A stretch of 64,000 nt of DNA from Patescibacteria group bacterium (lineage in GTDB: Bacteria > Patescibacteriota > JABMPQ01): positions 142,039-206,038 of the forward strand of contig JBGTBM010000010.1 in the NCBI GenBank assembly GCA_041749335.1, in the 5' to 3' direction. Below, in pieces: positions 29,165 through 40,111 of this stretch; the stretch's first letter is position 1; every line of letters begins with the position of its first letter. The notes under the pieces are model-generated. The model had not been told where the DNA came from. It did no database searches and saw only the letters and a list, made by a program, of their open reading frames with translations. The translations under genes were made by a program, and so were the position numbers.

Positions 29165-30244
29165 TTATAAATAATTTTTTTTATCTTTTTCCAATTTTTC
29201 CACAATCTTTTTTACATCTTGAGAGCGCCCCTTAGGACAAATGAGCAGCGCATCTTCGGTATCCACCACTACTATATCATCCAGGCCGATAGTCGCCACC
29301 ATTTTATTTTTTTGGCCGTAAATCAGGCATTGATTGGTATCCTCGCCGACCCAATCGCCGCGTATCACATTGCCGTTTTTATCCGCTTCCTTGCTCAACT
29401 GATCATGCAAAGCGTCCCAGGCGCCCAAATCGCTCCAGCCGAAATCGCCCTTGATAATCAAGACTTCGTCCGGGTCCATATTTTCCGTTACGGCATAATC
29501 AAAAGAAATTTTTCTGATTTTTTGATATTCTTCCTGAACTAAATTTTCATTATTATCATTTAAAGCTCGAACAATTATCTCCAGGTGCTTAAAAATATCC
29601 GGCGCGTATTTTTTAAAGCTTTCCAAAATCCGGCGCGCCGTCCACATATAGTAGCTGGCGTGCCATAAGTAGCTGCCTTCATGGATATATTTTTTCGCAA
29701 GCTCATAGCTCGGTTTTTCCACATGCTGTTCAAATTCAAATATTTCCACGCCGTCAATTTCCCGATATGCCTTGCCGATTTTGGTATAGCCCAAAGCGGT
29801 GCTGGGAAAATTAGGATTGATGGCGATATCCAGCATTTTTCCTTCTTGCCGAATTATCTCGTCCGCAATCTTGATTGATTGCAAAAATTTGTCGGTATTT
29901 CCAATATAATGGTCGGAGGGTATAAAAGCAATCGGCTCATCCGGTGCGGTTAAAAATAATTTGGCGGCCACGTATCCCATAGCGGCGGCGGTATCTCTTT
30001 TTTCCGGTTCGGCGATAATATTTTTTTGAGGAAGCTCCGGCAACAGCTTGCCGATTTCATCTTTGAATTCCAACGTGGTGGAAACATAAATATTATCTAC
30101 CGGATAATCACGATTGAAACGATTAAAAGTAACTTCCAGCATGGTGCTGTTGGTAATAATAGAGGTAAACTGCTTGGGCCGGCTACTGCGCGACATCGGC
30201 CAAAAGCGCGTGCCTTTCCCTCCCGCCATAATAACAATATTCAT
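29165..30244 (-). CDS. Mannose-1-phosphate guanylyltransferase-like sugar nucleotidyltransferase.
   Basis: MNIVIMAGGKGTRFWPMSRSSRPKQF N-terminal motif. ~360 aa single-domain NTP-transferase. Confidence 0.7.
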   Translation of the reverse strand: MNIVIMAGGKGTRFWPMSRSSRPKQFTSIITNSTMLEVTFNRFNRDYPVDNIYVSTTLEFKDEIGKLLPELPQKNIIAEPEKRDTAAAMGYVAAKLFLTAPDEPIAFIPSDHYIGNTDKFLQSIKIADEIIRQEGKMLDIAINPNFPSTALGYTKIGKAYREIDGVEIFEFEQHVEKPSYELAKKYIHEGSYLWHASYYMWTARRILESFKKYAPDIFKHLEIIVRALNDNNENLVQEEYQKIRKISFDYAVTENMDPDEVLIIKGDFGWSDLGAWDALHDQLSKEADKNGNVIRGDWVGEDTNQCLIYGQKNKMVATIGLDDIVVVDTEDALLICPKGRSQDVKKIVEKLEKDKKNYL

Positions 30245-30319
30245 AGTAATAAAAGTTAATTGGTATTTTTAATTATAGACTACTATCATGATTTAAATAA
30301 TCCAATTTATCCACTGCCG

Positions 30320-30736
30320 CTATTCCCCGCTTAATTGGATAATAACTTTTCTGATTCTTTCCCGGTTATCAAAATCTATCAAAACCACTTGCTGCCAAGT
30401 CCCCAAAGCAAGTTTTCCTCCCAAAATCGGCACTGCCAAAGAAGTTCCGGTTACCGCTGAACGCAGATGCGAAAAGCCGTTGCCATCGCCCCATTTTTTA
30501 TCGTGATGATATTCTCGATTAGACGGAATATATTTTTCAAAATATTCTTTTAGATCTTTTATCAGCCCCGGTTCATATTCCATAGTAGTGACTCCGGCCG
30601 TAGAGCCCGCCACAAAAACCAAAGCTTGTCCGTTTTGAATTTTATTTTCCGCCAAAAAAGCGCTGATTTCAGAAGTTATATCCACCACATCGCAAAATCC
30701 CTTGGTTTGAATTTCAATTTCTTTTGTCTTATACAT
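30320..30736 (-). CDS. YjbQ/UPF0047 family protein (secondary thiamine-phosphate synthase-like).
   Basis: Full-length similarity pattern to YjbQ (..MEYEPG.., ..NGFSHL..). Confidence 0.7.
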   Translation of the reverse strand: MYKTKEIEIQTKGFCDVVDITSEISAFLAENKIQNGQALVFVAGSTAGVTTMEYEPGLIKDLKEYFEKYIPSNREYHHDKKWGDGNGFSHLRSAVTGTSLAVPILGGKLALGTWQQVVLIDFDNRERIRKVIIQLSGE

Positions 30737-30823
30737 AATTTTTTTAGCGCTATATTTTGCTTGTTCTTTTTTATCTTGCGTTTTGCTTTCATTGTTTGTT
30801 CTTTTGTTTTTATGTTTTAATGG

Positions 30824-31891
30824 TTACTTTACTATTTCTTTTGGCCCTTCACCCACCTCATCATCAATATATTTTCGATCTTCACAATATTTTAACAAAT
30901 TGGCAAAGATAAACTTTTTTATTTTTCCCTTTTCGCTATGTGGATAAAGTACATGGACATTGGGTCCGGCGTCCAAAGTAAAACAAATATTAGCCTTGGT
31001 TCTCTCCCGATATTCCCTGATTTTATTGATAATATTAATCGTATTAGCCTCCATCAGTATAAAAGATGGATGCGAAGTCATCATCATCGCATGCAGGCTA
31101 AGCGCCTCTCTTTCCACAATGCTTCTAAATTCCTGGTGATTATTTTTTTGCATCGCTTGGATGATTTTAGTCGCATTTTCTTTGGCATCTTTGAATCTGA
31201 TTCGCGCGTAAGGATTTTTTTCCATCAAACTATGTCCCGCGCTGCTGGATATTTTTTTCTCCGCTGAAGAGACAATCAAAATGGTATCGCAATAGTTTTG
31301 ATAGCCGGCAAGTTTGCTTGATTTAAGCGGTATCGCATAATTATCCGAGGAATTATTTATTCCTTTGATTTTACCCCACAGAGCCGGTCCCCCGTAAACC
31401 GAGCGGCAGGCGCTGCCTGATCCCAAGCGGGCATAATAGGAAGCGCGCTGATAAAATTTATCCGGCTGGTGTTTTTTAGGAGGGTTTATTTTTTCGTCCA
31501 TTGAACAAAGGCATAAAGCCAGCGAACTATAAAAAGCCGCCGAAGATGCGATGCCCGCCGAATGGGGAAAAGTATTAATGCTCTCAATCTCCAAATGGTA
31601 ATTCTTTAAAAATTTGAAATCGTTTTGAATGCTTTTTAGATATATCCCGATTTTTTCCGCGAATTTTTGATTGCTTTTACCCATAAACTTCAACCCAAAA
31701 GATACACTTTTTTGCTTGGGACGATATTGGTATTTAACGATCGTATCGGTGTAAGATTTTTTTAAAGTAAAACTAAGCGAGGGATTCCGAGGCAGCTGGC
31801 GGCCGTATTTGCCCCAATATTTAACTAAAGCAATATTGGACGGACTCTGCCATCTCACCTTGCCGCTTGATTTTTGTAATTTTGGTTTCAT
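30824..31891 (-). CDS. mvaD: Diphosphomevalonate decarboxylase.
   Basis: SPSNIALVKYWGK N-terminal signature. GHMP-family ATP motif SAGIASSAA. Confidence 0.8.
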   Translation of the reverse strand: MKPKLQKSSGKVRWQSPSNIALVKYWGKYGRQLPRNPSLSFTLKKSYTDTIVKYQYRPKQKSVSFGLKFMGKSNQKFAEKIGIYLKSIQNDFKFLKNYHLEIESINTFPHSAGIASSAAFYSSLALCLCSMDEKINPPKKHQPDKFYQRASYYARLGSGSACRSVYGGPALWGKIKGINNSSDNYAIPLKSSKLAGYQNYCDTILIVSSAEKKISSSAGHSLMEKNPYARIRFKDAKENATKIIQAMQKNNHQEFRSIVEREALSLHAMMMTSHPSFILMEANTINIINKIREYRERTKANICFTLDAGPNVHVLYPHSEKGKIKKFIFANLLKYCEDRKYIDDEVGEGPKEIVK

Positions 31892-32844
31892 TATTGTCGG
31901 TTTATAACTTTTTTAAATTGAGCAAAGTTTTGGTTAATTATCATATCATCAAATGCAAAAATTGTTTTGTATCCTCGGCACGAAAAATATTTAAGAGTTT
32001 TATTTTTAGCTTGGTTGGAGCAAACCAAAGCAAAATCTCCGCCCCATGCTCCCAGAGATTTTATCTCTCCGTCAAAATCTTTAAAAAGCCGCTCTTTAAT
32101 TTTCGTCCGCTGTAATATATTTGAAATTATTTCCTCATGCCGCGCCATACTGCGCATAAATTCTTTTGGGCTTTGAGTTTGAGCCATGATAGCCGTAAGC
32201 TTTGATATTTCCAAGATCAGAGCCGGTGTAATTTTTTTATTTTGCTTAAACTTTTTTACTTCTCTAGCGGAATCCTGCTTTTGATTTAAATATAAAAAAA
32301 ACAGCTGCTGCCTGAAGCGCGGCTTAAATTTTATCGTTCGGATATTATATTTTTTATTTTTCAGCTCATAAATAAGTGGCGAGGCAGACCGCGCGCAGGC
32401 GATATCATAGCCTGAACCGCCGGCAACTTTAAAAAAGAGCTTAAAGGGATCAACGCCTGCCCAATAAGCAATATTAGAAATTAATGTTGAGCTGCTGCCC
32501 AATCCCCAATTCCGATCAAAATTAAGGTTCGTGGATATCTGATAGCGGCAGCTGCGGTCAAAAAAGTCAGGATTCATTTTATAAGCCGCCCTCACAATAG
32601 AAAATAGTTTTTTCGCCTTATTAGGATCGCTGCTGGAAATAATTTTAAAGTTATGATCAAAAATTATTTTTATCCACGGCTTTCCCTGCTGGAAACTTTG
32701 CCAGCTATTTTGAAGATTTGCGCTTAACTTAACTCCCAGCGACTGGCCAAAAGCTACCGGCAGCGCCAAGGCCTTAGCACCCCGTAAAACCAAATATTCA
32801 CCCGTGATTAATAGCTTCCCGTTAGAATAATATTGGGAATACAT
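31891..32844 (-). CDS. GHMP kinase of the mevalonate pathway (mevalonate or phosphomevalonate kinase).
   Basis: LLITGEYLVLRGA N-terminus. GLGSSSTL ATP-binding loop. Adjacent to mvaD. Confidence 0.6.
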   Translation of the reverse strand: MYSQYYSNGKLLITGEYLVLRGAKALALPVAFGQSLGVKLSANLQNSWQSFQQGKPWIKIIFDHNFKIISSSDPNKAKKLFSIVRAAYKMNPDFFDRSCRYQISTNLNFDRNWGLGSSSTLISNIAYWAGVDPFKLFFKVAGGSGYDIACARSASPLIYELKNKKYNIRTIKFKPRFRQQLFFLYLNQKQDSAREVKKFKQNKKITPALILEISKLTAIMAQTQSPKEFMRSMARHEEIISNILQRTKIKERLFKDFDGEIKSLGAWGGDFALVCSNQAKNKTLKYFSCRGYKTIFAFDDMIINQNFAQFKKVINRQ

Positions 32845-32854
32845 AAATTGTTAA

Positions 32855-33553
32855 TTATTTGCCAAAGCGTCGCTGGCGCCGGCTATATTCCTCTATCGCC
32901 TTATCCAGCTCCGAACCGTCAAAATCCGGCCACAGCACTTCCGTAAAATACAGCTCGGAATATGTTGATTGCCAGGTAAGAAAATTGCTTAACCTTAACT
33001 CGCCCCCGGTGCGGATCACCAAATCCGGATCAGAATCTCCCCGGGTATATAAGTATCGTGCAATTATTTCTTCGCTGATTTCTTCCGGTTTTTTGTTTTC
33101 TTTAATCAGATTGCGGCAGGCGCGCGCAATCTCCGCCCGACCGCCATAATTTAGCGCAATATTCAAATTTATCCGACTGCAATTTTTGAGATAATCCACA
33201 GTCTTGTTTATTTCTTCCTGCAAATCTTGAGGGAAATAGCTTAAATCGCCCAATATTTTTAATTTTGCTCCAAGTTTATGCAGTTTTTTTCTTTTGCTTT
33301 TAATAAAATATTTCAGCAGATACATTAAATCTTTAATCTCCTGCGGATCACGATGCCTGTTTTCAGAAGAAAAAGCGTAAGCGGTTATAGACTTAACGCC
33401 CCAATACCCGGCTCGATCAATTACTTTTTCCAAAGCCAAAGCTCCATTGCGATGGCCTTCTATTTTCGGCAAGCCTTTGCCCTTAGCCCAGCGCCGATTG
33501 CCGTCCATAATTAAAGCGATATGCGCGGGAATTTTTAAATTATTTTTATCCAT
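32855..33553 (-). CDS. uppS: Undecaprenyl-diphosphate synthase (cis-prenyltransferase).
   Basis: HIALIMDGNRRWAK, ..AFSSENRHR.., ..RTGGELRLSNFL.. motifs. Confidence 0.9.
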   Translation of the reverse strand: MDKNNLKIPAHIALIMDGNRRWAKGKGLPKIEGHRNGALALEKVIDRAGYWGVKSITAYAFSSENRHRDPQEIKDLMYLLKYFIKSKRKKLHKLGAKLKILGDLSYFPQDLQEEINKTVDYLKNCSRINLNIALNYGGRAEIARACRNLIKENKKPEEISEEIIARYLYTRGDSDPDLVIRTGGELRLSNFLTWQSTYSELYFTEVLWPDFDGSELDKAIEEYSRRQRRFGK

Positions 33554-33640
33554 ATGAATATTTTTAGTTCAAAATATTGCGATTATCGTTGCATCAATAA
33601 TAAATAGCAATCGCTATTTTCATCAATTTTTTGACAATTT

Positions 33641-34570
33641 TTATTTCTTTTCTGCCATGACATATTTATATGCGCTGGTAGCTGCCACCGCCCCTTCCGC
33701 CGCCGCTGTGATAATTTGATCCAACTCACAGAATCCCGAAGTAATATCTCCGGCCGCATAAACCCCCGAGATATTTGTTTCGCATCTGTTATTAATTTTA
33801 ATCATATTTCTCTCATCGGTCTCCACTCCAATTCCCTGCGCCAAGCTTACCGCCGGCACCGCCCCAATTTCAACAAAAACCCCGCTTACCGCCAAATCCT
33901 TTTTTCCATTATGCTCTTTATCTAATTGGATGGATTTGACTACATTTTCACCGTTTATCTTAATGACATTGGTATTTCTGATTATTTCAATTTTTTTGTG
34001 ATTTTCTGCGCGATCTACCCAGATTGGCTCAGCCCGTAAATTTTCTTTGCGATATATAAGATAGATTTTGGCAGCATGCTGAGCTAAAAGCAAAGCCGCC
34101 GTTACCGCTGCGTCGCTGCCGCCAATTACCGCTACTTCCCGATCTTTGAAAAAGGTGGAGTCGCAGGTTGCGCAATACGATATTCCTTTGCCCAAAAATT
34201 CTTTTTCTCCCGGAATATTTAATTTGCGCCTTTCGGTGCCTAGCGCCAAAATTAATGTTTTGCCTAAATATTTTTTTTCCCTAAGATAAACCTGATAGAT
34301 TTTTTTATCCGGCAGAAATTCAATTTTTCTGACTTCATCAGTCACTTTTTCAACCGGATAATCCGCCAAATGTTTTATGAACTGCTCTCCTAATTCGCTG
34401 CCGGTTATTTTAGAAATCCCGGGCCAGTTTTCCACCATATGCGCCTGCGTACATGTTCCGCCATACTGCTTGGCAATAATGCATGTCTCAAGTCTGTACC
34501 TGGCCGCGTAAATTCCGGCTGCAATCCCCGCCGGCCCGCCGCCAATGATAACCGTATCAAATATTTTCAT
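33641..34570 (-). CDS. trxB: Thioredoxin reductase.
   Basis: VIIGGGPAGIAAGIYAAR FAD motif. Redox-active CATC. GGSDAAV NADPH motif. Confidence 0.85.
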   Translation of the reverse strand: MKIFDTVIIGGGPAGIAAGIYAARYRLETCIIAKQYGGTCTQAHMVENWPGISKITGSELGEQFIKHLADYPVEKVTDEVRKIEFLPDKKIYQVYLREKKYLGKTLILALGTERRKLNIPGEKEFLGKGISYCATCDSTFFKDREVAVIGGSDAAVTAALLLAQHAAKIYLIYRKENLRAEPIWVDRAENHKKIEIIRNTNVIKINGENVVKSIQLDKEHNGKKDLAVSGVFVEIGAVPAVSLAQGIGVETDERNMIKINNRCETNISGVYAAGDITSGFCELDQIITAAAEGAVAATSAYKYVMAEKK

Positions 34571-34632
34571 AAGATAATATTAATTTATATGATATAAATA
34601 TATCACTAATTTTTTATTAATCAATTTATATT

Positions 34633-36150
34633 TTATGCCCTTTTTAAGTATTCAAATACCGTTTTTTTACTAGGCTCTTTTTTATTTTCAGAAATATAGT
34701 TAAAAATAAATTCGTCGGCCCGGGCTAAAATTTTTCCCACCTCGGGCCCCGGCTTAATATTATATTTTTTCATAATGTCCCGACCGGATATTACATGCCG
34801 GAAAGTTTCTACCTGTGATTCTACAAAAGCTTTTCTGGTATCTTCAATATATTTTTTTACTTCCTGGTATCTTTGCAAATTTTCCGGCTGAAATTCGTTT
34901 TCCGACGACAAAACATCAACGCGGTATAATTCCAATAAATTATCTCCTCGGCGCGGATCGTCAATAAAATACTTTTTTAAAGTGGCAGTGCGCATTTCTT
35001 CCACTTTGCCCGCCACAAAAAGCATATGATTTCTGACCAGCCACACAACATGTTCGGTTAAATTCTTAGAAAATCTTAATCGGCGGCAAATTTCAGCAGC
35101 CATATCGGCTCCAATATCCGTATGTTCATCAAATCTGATTCGATCCACCCCGTCTTTTTCCGGAGTTTTTATCGTACTCGGCTTGCCGATATCATGAAAT
35201 AATAATCCCAAAATAAGCTCAATTGGAGCATCCGCGGGGATATTATCCATACATATTCCGGTATGCACAAAAACATCCCCCTCCCGATGATATTCCTCCG
35301 GCTGTTTTACATTTTTCATCGCCTCAATCTCGGGTATTAATATTTTAAAAATTCCGCTCTGGTTAAATAATGAATAGCTTTTTACCGGATCGGCCGAAAA
35401 AGCTTTTAAAAATTCCGCAGAAATTATTTCCAAGGGCACTATCGAGCTTAATTTTCCTTTTAGTTCTCGCTCCTTTAATATTTTTGGCGCTAGTTTTTTT
35501 ATTTGTCTCCAAGCCCTCAAAGATATTTCAAAATCGAGCTGTGCCGAAAATCTTAATGCCCGCAATATTCTGGAATAGTCTTCATTAAATCGGGCAGCGG
35601 GACTGCCGACGGTATCGATAATCTTTTTTTTGATATCGCCTATTCCATTAAAGGGATCAATTAATTTGCCGGACTTGATATTTAGAGCCATGGCATTAAT
35701 GGTAAAATCCCTGCGGGATAAATCTTCTTTAATCGGAAGATCAGGATCCGACTGGACAGTAAAATCTTTATAGCCTACTCCGGTTGAAATTTCCGTACGC
35801 GGAAGTGCGATATCAAATGGCTGGATAAATTTTGATTGATGCGGTTTAAATTTAAAAACGCCAAAATTGCGGCCCACCAAGCTAACCCAGCCTCTTTTTT
35901 CTAAAAATGCCTTTAAATCTTTAGGCTTTATTTTTCTAACGACAAAATCATAATCTTTAGACTTTCTTTTAAGTATTTCATCTCTGATCATCCCTCCGAC
36001 TAAATAAACTTCGCAGTCGGGAAACTCCTTAAATAATTCATAAATAAAAGAAAACGATTTACCGCCGCTAATTTTATCAAGAAATTTTGTAAACATTATT
36101 TTATATTTTTTAAGTATAAAAATATTAGCACTTCTTGCCATTTTAATCAA
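34633..36150 (-). CDS. cca: CCA-adding enzyme / polyA polymerase-family tRNA nucleotidyltransferase with HD domain.
   Basis: YLVGGMIRDEIL..DYD head domain. HD motif (LLFHDIGK). Confidence 0.8.
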   Translation of the reverse strand: MIKMARSANIFILKKYKIMFTKFLDKISGGKSFSFIYELFKEFPDCEVYLVGGMIRDEILKRKSKDYDFVVRKIKPKDLKAFLEKRGWVSLVGRNFGVFKFKPHQSKFIQPFDIALPRTEISTGVGYKDFTVQSDPDLPIKEDLSRRDFTINAMALNIKSGKLIDPFNGIGDIKKKIIDTVGSPAARFNEDYSRILRALRFSAQLDFEISLRAWRQIKKLAPKILKERELKGKLSSIVPLEIISAEFLKAFSADPVKSYSLFNQSGIFKILIPEIEAMKNVKQPEEYHREGDVFVHTGICMDNIPADAPIELILGLLFHDIGKPSTIKTPEKDGVDRIRFDEHTDIGADMAAEICRRLRFSKNLTEHVVWLVRNHMLFVAGKVEEMRTATLKKYFIDDPRRGDNLLELYRVDVLSSENEFQPENLQRYQEVKKYIEDTRKAFVESQVETFRHVISGRDIMKKYNIKPGPEVGKILARADEFIFNYISENKKEPSKKTVFEYLKRA

Positions 36151-36178
36151 TTTATAGTAGAATAAGTCAGATAAATTT

Positions 36179-38359
36179 ATGAATATTGAGTCAATAATTA
36201 AGAAAATTAAAAAAAATAATCCTCAGGCCGATAGCAATAGGATTAGAGCGGCTTATAATTTTGCTAAAGTAAAACATCAGGGACAAAAAAGAAAGTCGGG
36301 TGAAAAATACATAGTACACCCGCTTTTTGTTACTGATTTCTTATCCCAGTTCAATTTTAATACTGAAACTTATATCGCCGCCCTATTGCATGACACCGTT
36401 GAGGATACTGATGCGGATCTTGAAGTCATTAAAAATAAATTCGGCGAAGAAGTGGCTTTTCTGGTTAGCGGCGTCACCAAGCTTAAACGCTTAAAAGGAA
36501 AATTGGTCACCAGAGAAAGTTTGCAAAACTATTCCATGGAAAATCTGCGTAAAATGTTTTTGGCAATGGCAGAAGATATTCGCGTGGTATTGATAAAATT
36601 ATCCGACCGCCTACATAATATTAAAACTCTGGAGGCCAAAGAAACGCAGGATCGAAAAAGAATTGCTCAAGAAACCATTGAAATATACGCGCCCTTAGCC
36701 AATCGCCTGGGAATGGGCGAAATCAAAGGACAGCTGGAAGATTACTCTTTCCCGCACTTATATCCGGAAGAGTACAAAAATATCAAACGGCTCTATGCTA
36801 AAGAAATAAACATTAGAAAAAGCTATATCAATAAAGCCAAAAGGCAAATAAGAAAATTAATGAATGAGCATGGCATTGAAGTATTGGATATTCATGGCCG
36901 CGCCAAACATCTTTATAGCTTATATAAAAAATTGCAGCGTTACGATAATAATATTAAGAATATTTATGATCTTTTTGCCATCAGAGTAATTGTAAAAAAT
37001 GTATCGGATTGCTATGAAGTCCTGGGTTTAATTCATCAAAATTGGAAACCGCTTATTGGCCGAATTAAAGATTATATTTCTCTTCCCAAAACCAACGGTT
37101 ATCAATCCTTACACACTACCGTACTTACCTCCGACGGTGAAATATTGGAAATTCAAATCAGAACCCCGAAAATGCACGAAGAAGCGGAATATGGAATTGC
37201 CGCGCACTGGCAGTATGAAGAATCGGGAAAATCCAAAGACAATGCTAAAGCTGCAAATGAAAAACTTCTCTGGATCAGCCAGCTTATCAATTGGCAGAAA
37301 GAAATGTCTTCCAGTGACACCGGCGAAAAGTTTTTGGAATCATTGAAGATTGATGTTTTTAAAGACAGAATCTTTTCATTTACGCCTAAAGGGAAAATTA
37401 TTGATTTGCCCGATGGAGCCACTCCGATTGATTTTGCCTATAACATCCATAGCGATATTGGAAACCATTGCCGACAAGTAAAAGTAAATGACAAAATAGT
37501 CCCGCTAGATTATAAGCTGGTTAATGGCGACCGCGTAAAAATTATTACTGACAATAAAATTACTCCCAGCCGAGACTGGCTTGATTTTGTTAAAACCAAC
37601 AATGCCAGAAATCAAATCAAAGCATTTTATAAAAAATTAGACCGTTCTTATAATATTGAATTGGGGCGCAAAATATTAAATTCCAAATTGCAGGAATATG
37701 AAAATAAAAATATTGAAAAAATACCCAAAAGTAAAATCAATAAATTATTACAGAAATTCGGATTGGCCAAATTGGATGATTTGCTGGTGCAAATAGCCTT
37801 GGGTGAAATAAGATCAAGGCAGGTTATGCGCGAAATTTTCCAAGAAAAAGACATTATTAGGCCCTATGCGAAGAAAATATTTTCTCTTTTTGGTAATAAC
37901 AAGGAGGATTTAATCGCTACCATCGAAGGGCAAAGCGGTTTTTTAACCAATATCGCCAAATGCTGCAACCCCTCCAAAAATGATAAGATTAAAGCTTATA
38001 TTACCAGATCTAAAGGCGCGAGCATCCATAGGGCCGATTGTAAAGAATTGACCAAAAATAAAGATGGCCGCGTAGTTAATGCTTCCTGGCAATCCGGACA
38101 TATCGGCATAGTAATGATTAAGATCGATACACTCAACCGAGTAGGGATGCTGCGCGACCTAACCGAAGCAATTTCAAAAAACGACATTAACATCAAAGAC
38201 GTCAGGTCATCCGACAGCATTAAAAAGGATTTAGTTAATATTCAATTCAGTATAGAAATAAAAAACCTCGATCAATTGTTTAATTTATTGAACGAGATTA
38301 GAAAAATTGATGGAGTAATAAATATAAAGAGAAAAACTATAATGCCACTATCCTTCTGA
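36179..38359 (+). CDS. Bifunctional (p)ppGpp synthetase/hydrolase RelA/SpoT homolog.
   Basis: HD domain (LLHDTVEDT), RelA_SpoT synthetase region, TGS and C-terminal ACT. Confidence 0.9.
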   Translation: MNIESIIKKIKKNNPQADSNRIRAAYNFAKVKHQGQKRKSGEKYIVHPLFVTDFLSQFNFNTETYIAALLHDTVEDTDADLEVIKNKFGEEVAFLVSGVTKLKRLKGKLVTRESLQNYSMENLRKMFLAMAEDIRVVLIKLSDRLHNIKTLEAKETQDRKRIAQETIEIYAPLANRLGMGEIKGQLEDYSFPHLYPEEYKNIKRLYAKEINIRKSYINKAKRQIRKLMNEHGIEVLDIHGRAKHLYSLYKKLQRYDNNIKNIYDLFAIRVIVKNVSDCYEVLGLIHQNWKPLIGRIKDYISLPKTNGYQSLHTTVLTSDGEILEIQIRTPKMHEEAEYGIAAHWQYEESGKSKDNAKAANEKLLWISQLINWQKEMSSSDTGEKFLESLKIDVFKDRIFSFTPKGKIIDLPDGATPIDFAYNIHSDIGNHCRQVKVNDKIVPLDYKLVNGDRVKIITDNKITPSRDWLDFVKTNNARNQIKAFYKKLDRSYNIELGRKILNSKLQEYENKNIEKIPKSKINKLLQKFGLAKLDDLLVQIALGEIRSRQVMREIFQEKDIIRPYAKKIFSLFGNNKEDLIATIEGQSGFLTNIAKCCNPSKNDKIKAYITRSKGASIHRADCKELTKNKDGRVVNASWQSGHIGIVMIKIDTLNRVGMLRDLTEAISKNDINIKDVRSSDSIKKDLVNIQFSIEIKNLDQLFNLLNEIRKIDGVINIKRKTIMPLSF

Positions 38360-39202
38360 TATTTTACTGATTATCTCTCCCAATTCACTATCAGAATAAT
38401 AATTAATAATTATTTTACCTCTCTTCCCTTTGTTTTTGATTTCAACTTTTGTTCCCAGCGCTTGCCGCAAAGTTTCCTCATATCCTACAATGCGGGGATT
38501 GTTAATCTTTAGTTTATCTTTCCTTATTTTCTTATTATTAACTTTATTTTCAGTATCTTTGACGGTTAAACTGCTGCTAATAATTTTATTAAAAAGCTGC
38601 CTCTGATCCGCTTCGTTTTTTAGCCCCATAATCAGCTTGGCATGGCCCATGGTAATTTTATTGATTGCCAGCGCTTTCTGAATCTCATCTGGTAAAGATA
38701 AAATCCGCAAAATATTCGCGATTCCCGATCGGCTTTTTCCAACTTTTTTGGCAATTTGCTCCTGATTCAAATTAAATTCGCTCATTAACCTCTCGTACGA
38801 CATAGCTTCCTCGACCGGATTTAAATTTTCTCTCTGTACATTTTCTACAATTGCCACTTCTAATTTTTGCTGGTCAGATGCCGTCCTTATTACCACCGGA
38901 ACTTTATTAAGACCCGCCATTTTTGCCGCCCGCAGCCTTCTTTCTCCGGCTAATACCTCGTATTGATTGGATTTATTTTTGGAAACCACCAGCGGCTGAA
39001 TTACCCCGTGCACCTTGATTGACTGGGCCAATTCATTTAGTAATTCCTGGTTAAATTCTTTCCGAGGTTGATGAGGATTCGGAATAATATCAGTTAATTC
39101 TAATTCAATAATTCCTCTTTCTATTTTTTCTTCATTGGTAATTTTTTTTGGTCTTTGGGGAATAAGCGACTCAAGCCCCCTGCCCAATCCTTTTTTTGCC
39201 AT
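38348..39202 (-). CDS. parB: Chromosome partitioning protein ParB.
   Basis: IIPNPHQPRKEF.., ..VLAGERRLRAAKMAG.. motifs. Confidence 0.9.
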   Translation of the reverse strand: MAKKGLGRGLESLIPQRPKKITNEEKIERGIIELELTDIIPNPHQPRKEFNQELLNELAQSIKVHGVIQPLVVSKNKSNQYEVLAGERRLRAAKMAGLNKVPVVIRTASDQQKLEVAIVENVQRENLNPVEEAMSYERLMSEFNLNQEQIAKKVGKSRSGIANILRILSLPDEIQKALAINKITMGHAKLIMGLKNEADQRQLFNKIISSSLTVKDTENKVNNKKIRKDKLKINNPRIVGYEETLRQALGTKVEIKNKGKRGKIIINYYSDSELGEIISKISEG

Positions 39203-39203
39203 A

Positions 39204-40040
39204 TTATAATAAATTATATGCTTTCAAAAATTCTACTGCTAATTTTCTGTATGCTTTTGATCCGCTTGATCTCTTGGCGTGTTCAATAATGGCCGTACCG
39301 AAAGACGGCGCTTCTGCCAAATCAACATTGCGAGGTATAATCGTGTCAAAAACCTTATAGGGAAAATGCTCTCTTACTTGTTCTACCACCTCTGTGGATA
39401 ATTTAATTCTTTTATGATACATGGTCAGTAATGCCCCCAGCACCTTAAGATTGGGCTGCAGGCTATTTTTAACTAATTCAATCGTATTTAAAAGCTGTCC
39501 TAATCCTTCTAGCGCGTAATATTCGCACTGAACCGGAATCAATACCTCGTCAGAAGCCACCAAGCTATTTAAAGTAAGCAGGCCCAAACTTGGCGGACAA
39601 TCAATCAGAATAAAATCATAATCATTTCTTAACTCCAATAAAGCTTCTTTTAATTTATATTCTCTATTTTCAGCTTCAACCAATTCAATGTTGGCGCCGG
39701 AAAGATCCTGGCTGGAAGGAATTATATTTAAGCCCTGAATACTTGTCGCATAAGTTACTTCCGCGGAAGATTTAGCTTTAACCAATAAATCATAAACGCC
39801 GCGATTGCCATTTGCTTCAGTATTTACGCCTAAGCCGCTGGACGCATTGCCTTGCGGATCAAAATCTACCAATAAAATAAATTTTCCCAAACTAGCCAAT
39901 GCCGCGCCCAAATTAATTGCGGTTGTGGTTTTACCGGTTCCACCCTTTTGATTTACGATAGAAATTACTCGAGCCATTTTATTATTGCGATTTATTATAT
40001 ATTCTAATAAATATATCAACGGGTCAAGAGAAATTGACAA
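39204..40040 (-). CDS. parA: Chromosome partitioning ATPase ParA/Soj (probable start MARVISIV at about 39977).
   Basis: Deviant Walker A NQKGGTGKTTTAINLG. Confidence 0.9.
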   Translation of the reverse strand: MSISLDPLIYLLEYIINRNNKMARVISIVNQKGGTGKTTTAINLGAALASLGKFILLVDFDPQGNASSGLGVNTEANGNRGVYDLLVKAKSSAEVTYATSIQGLNIIPSSQDLSGANIELVEAENREYKLKEALLELRNDYDFILIDCPPSLGLLTLNSLVASDEVLIPVQCEYYALEGLGQLLNTIELVKNSLQPNLKVLGALLTMYHKRIKLSTEVVEQVREHFPYKVFDTIIPRNVDLAEAPSFGTAIIEHAKRSSGSKAYRKLAVEFLKAYNLL

Positions 40041-40111
40041 GCGCTAAAACAAAATTTATAATAACAGCATTGTTTAATTGTTGATTCCAGCCGAACTGCC
40101 CAATTTTTTGT

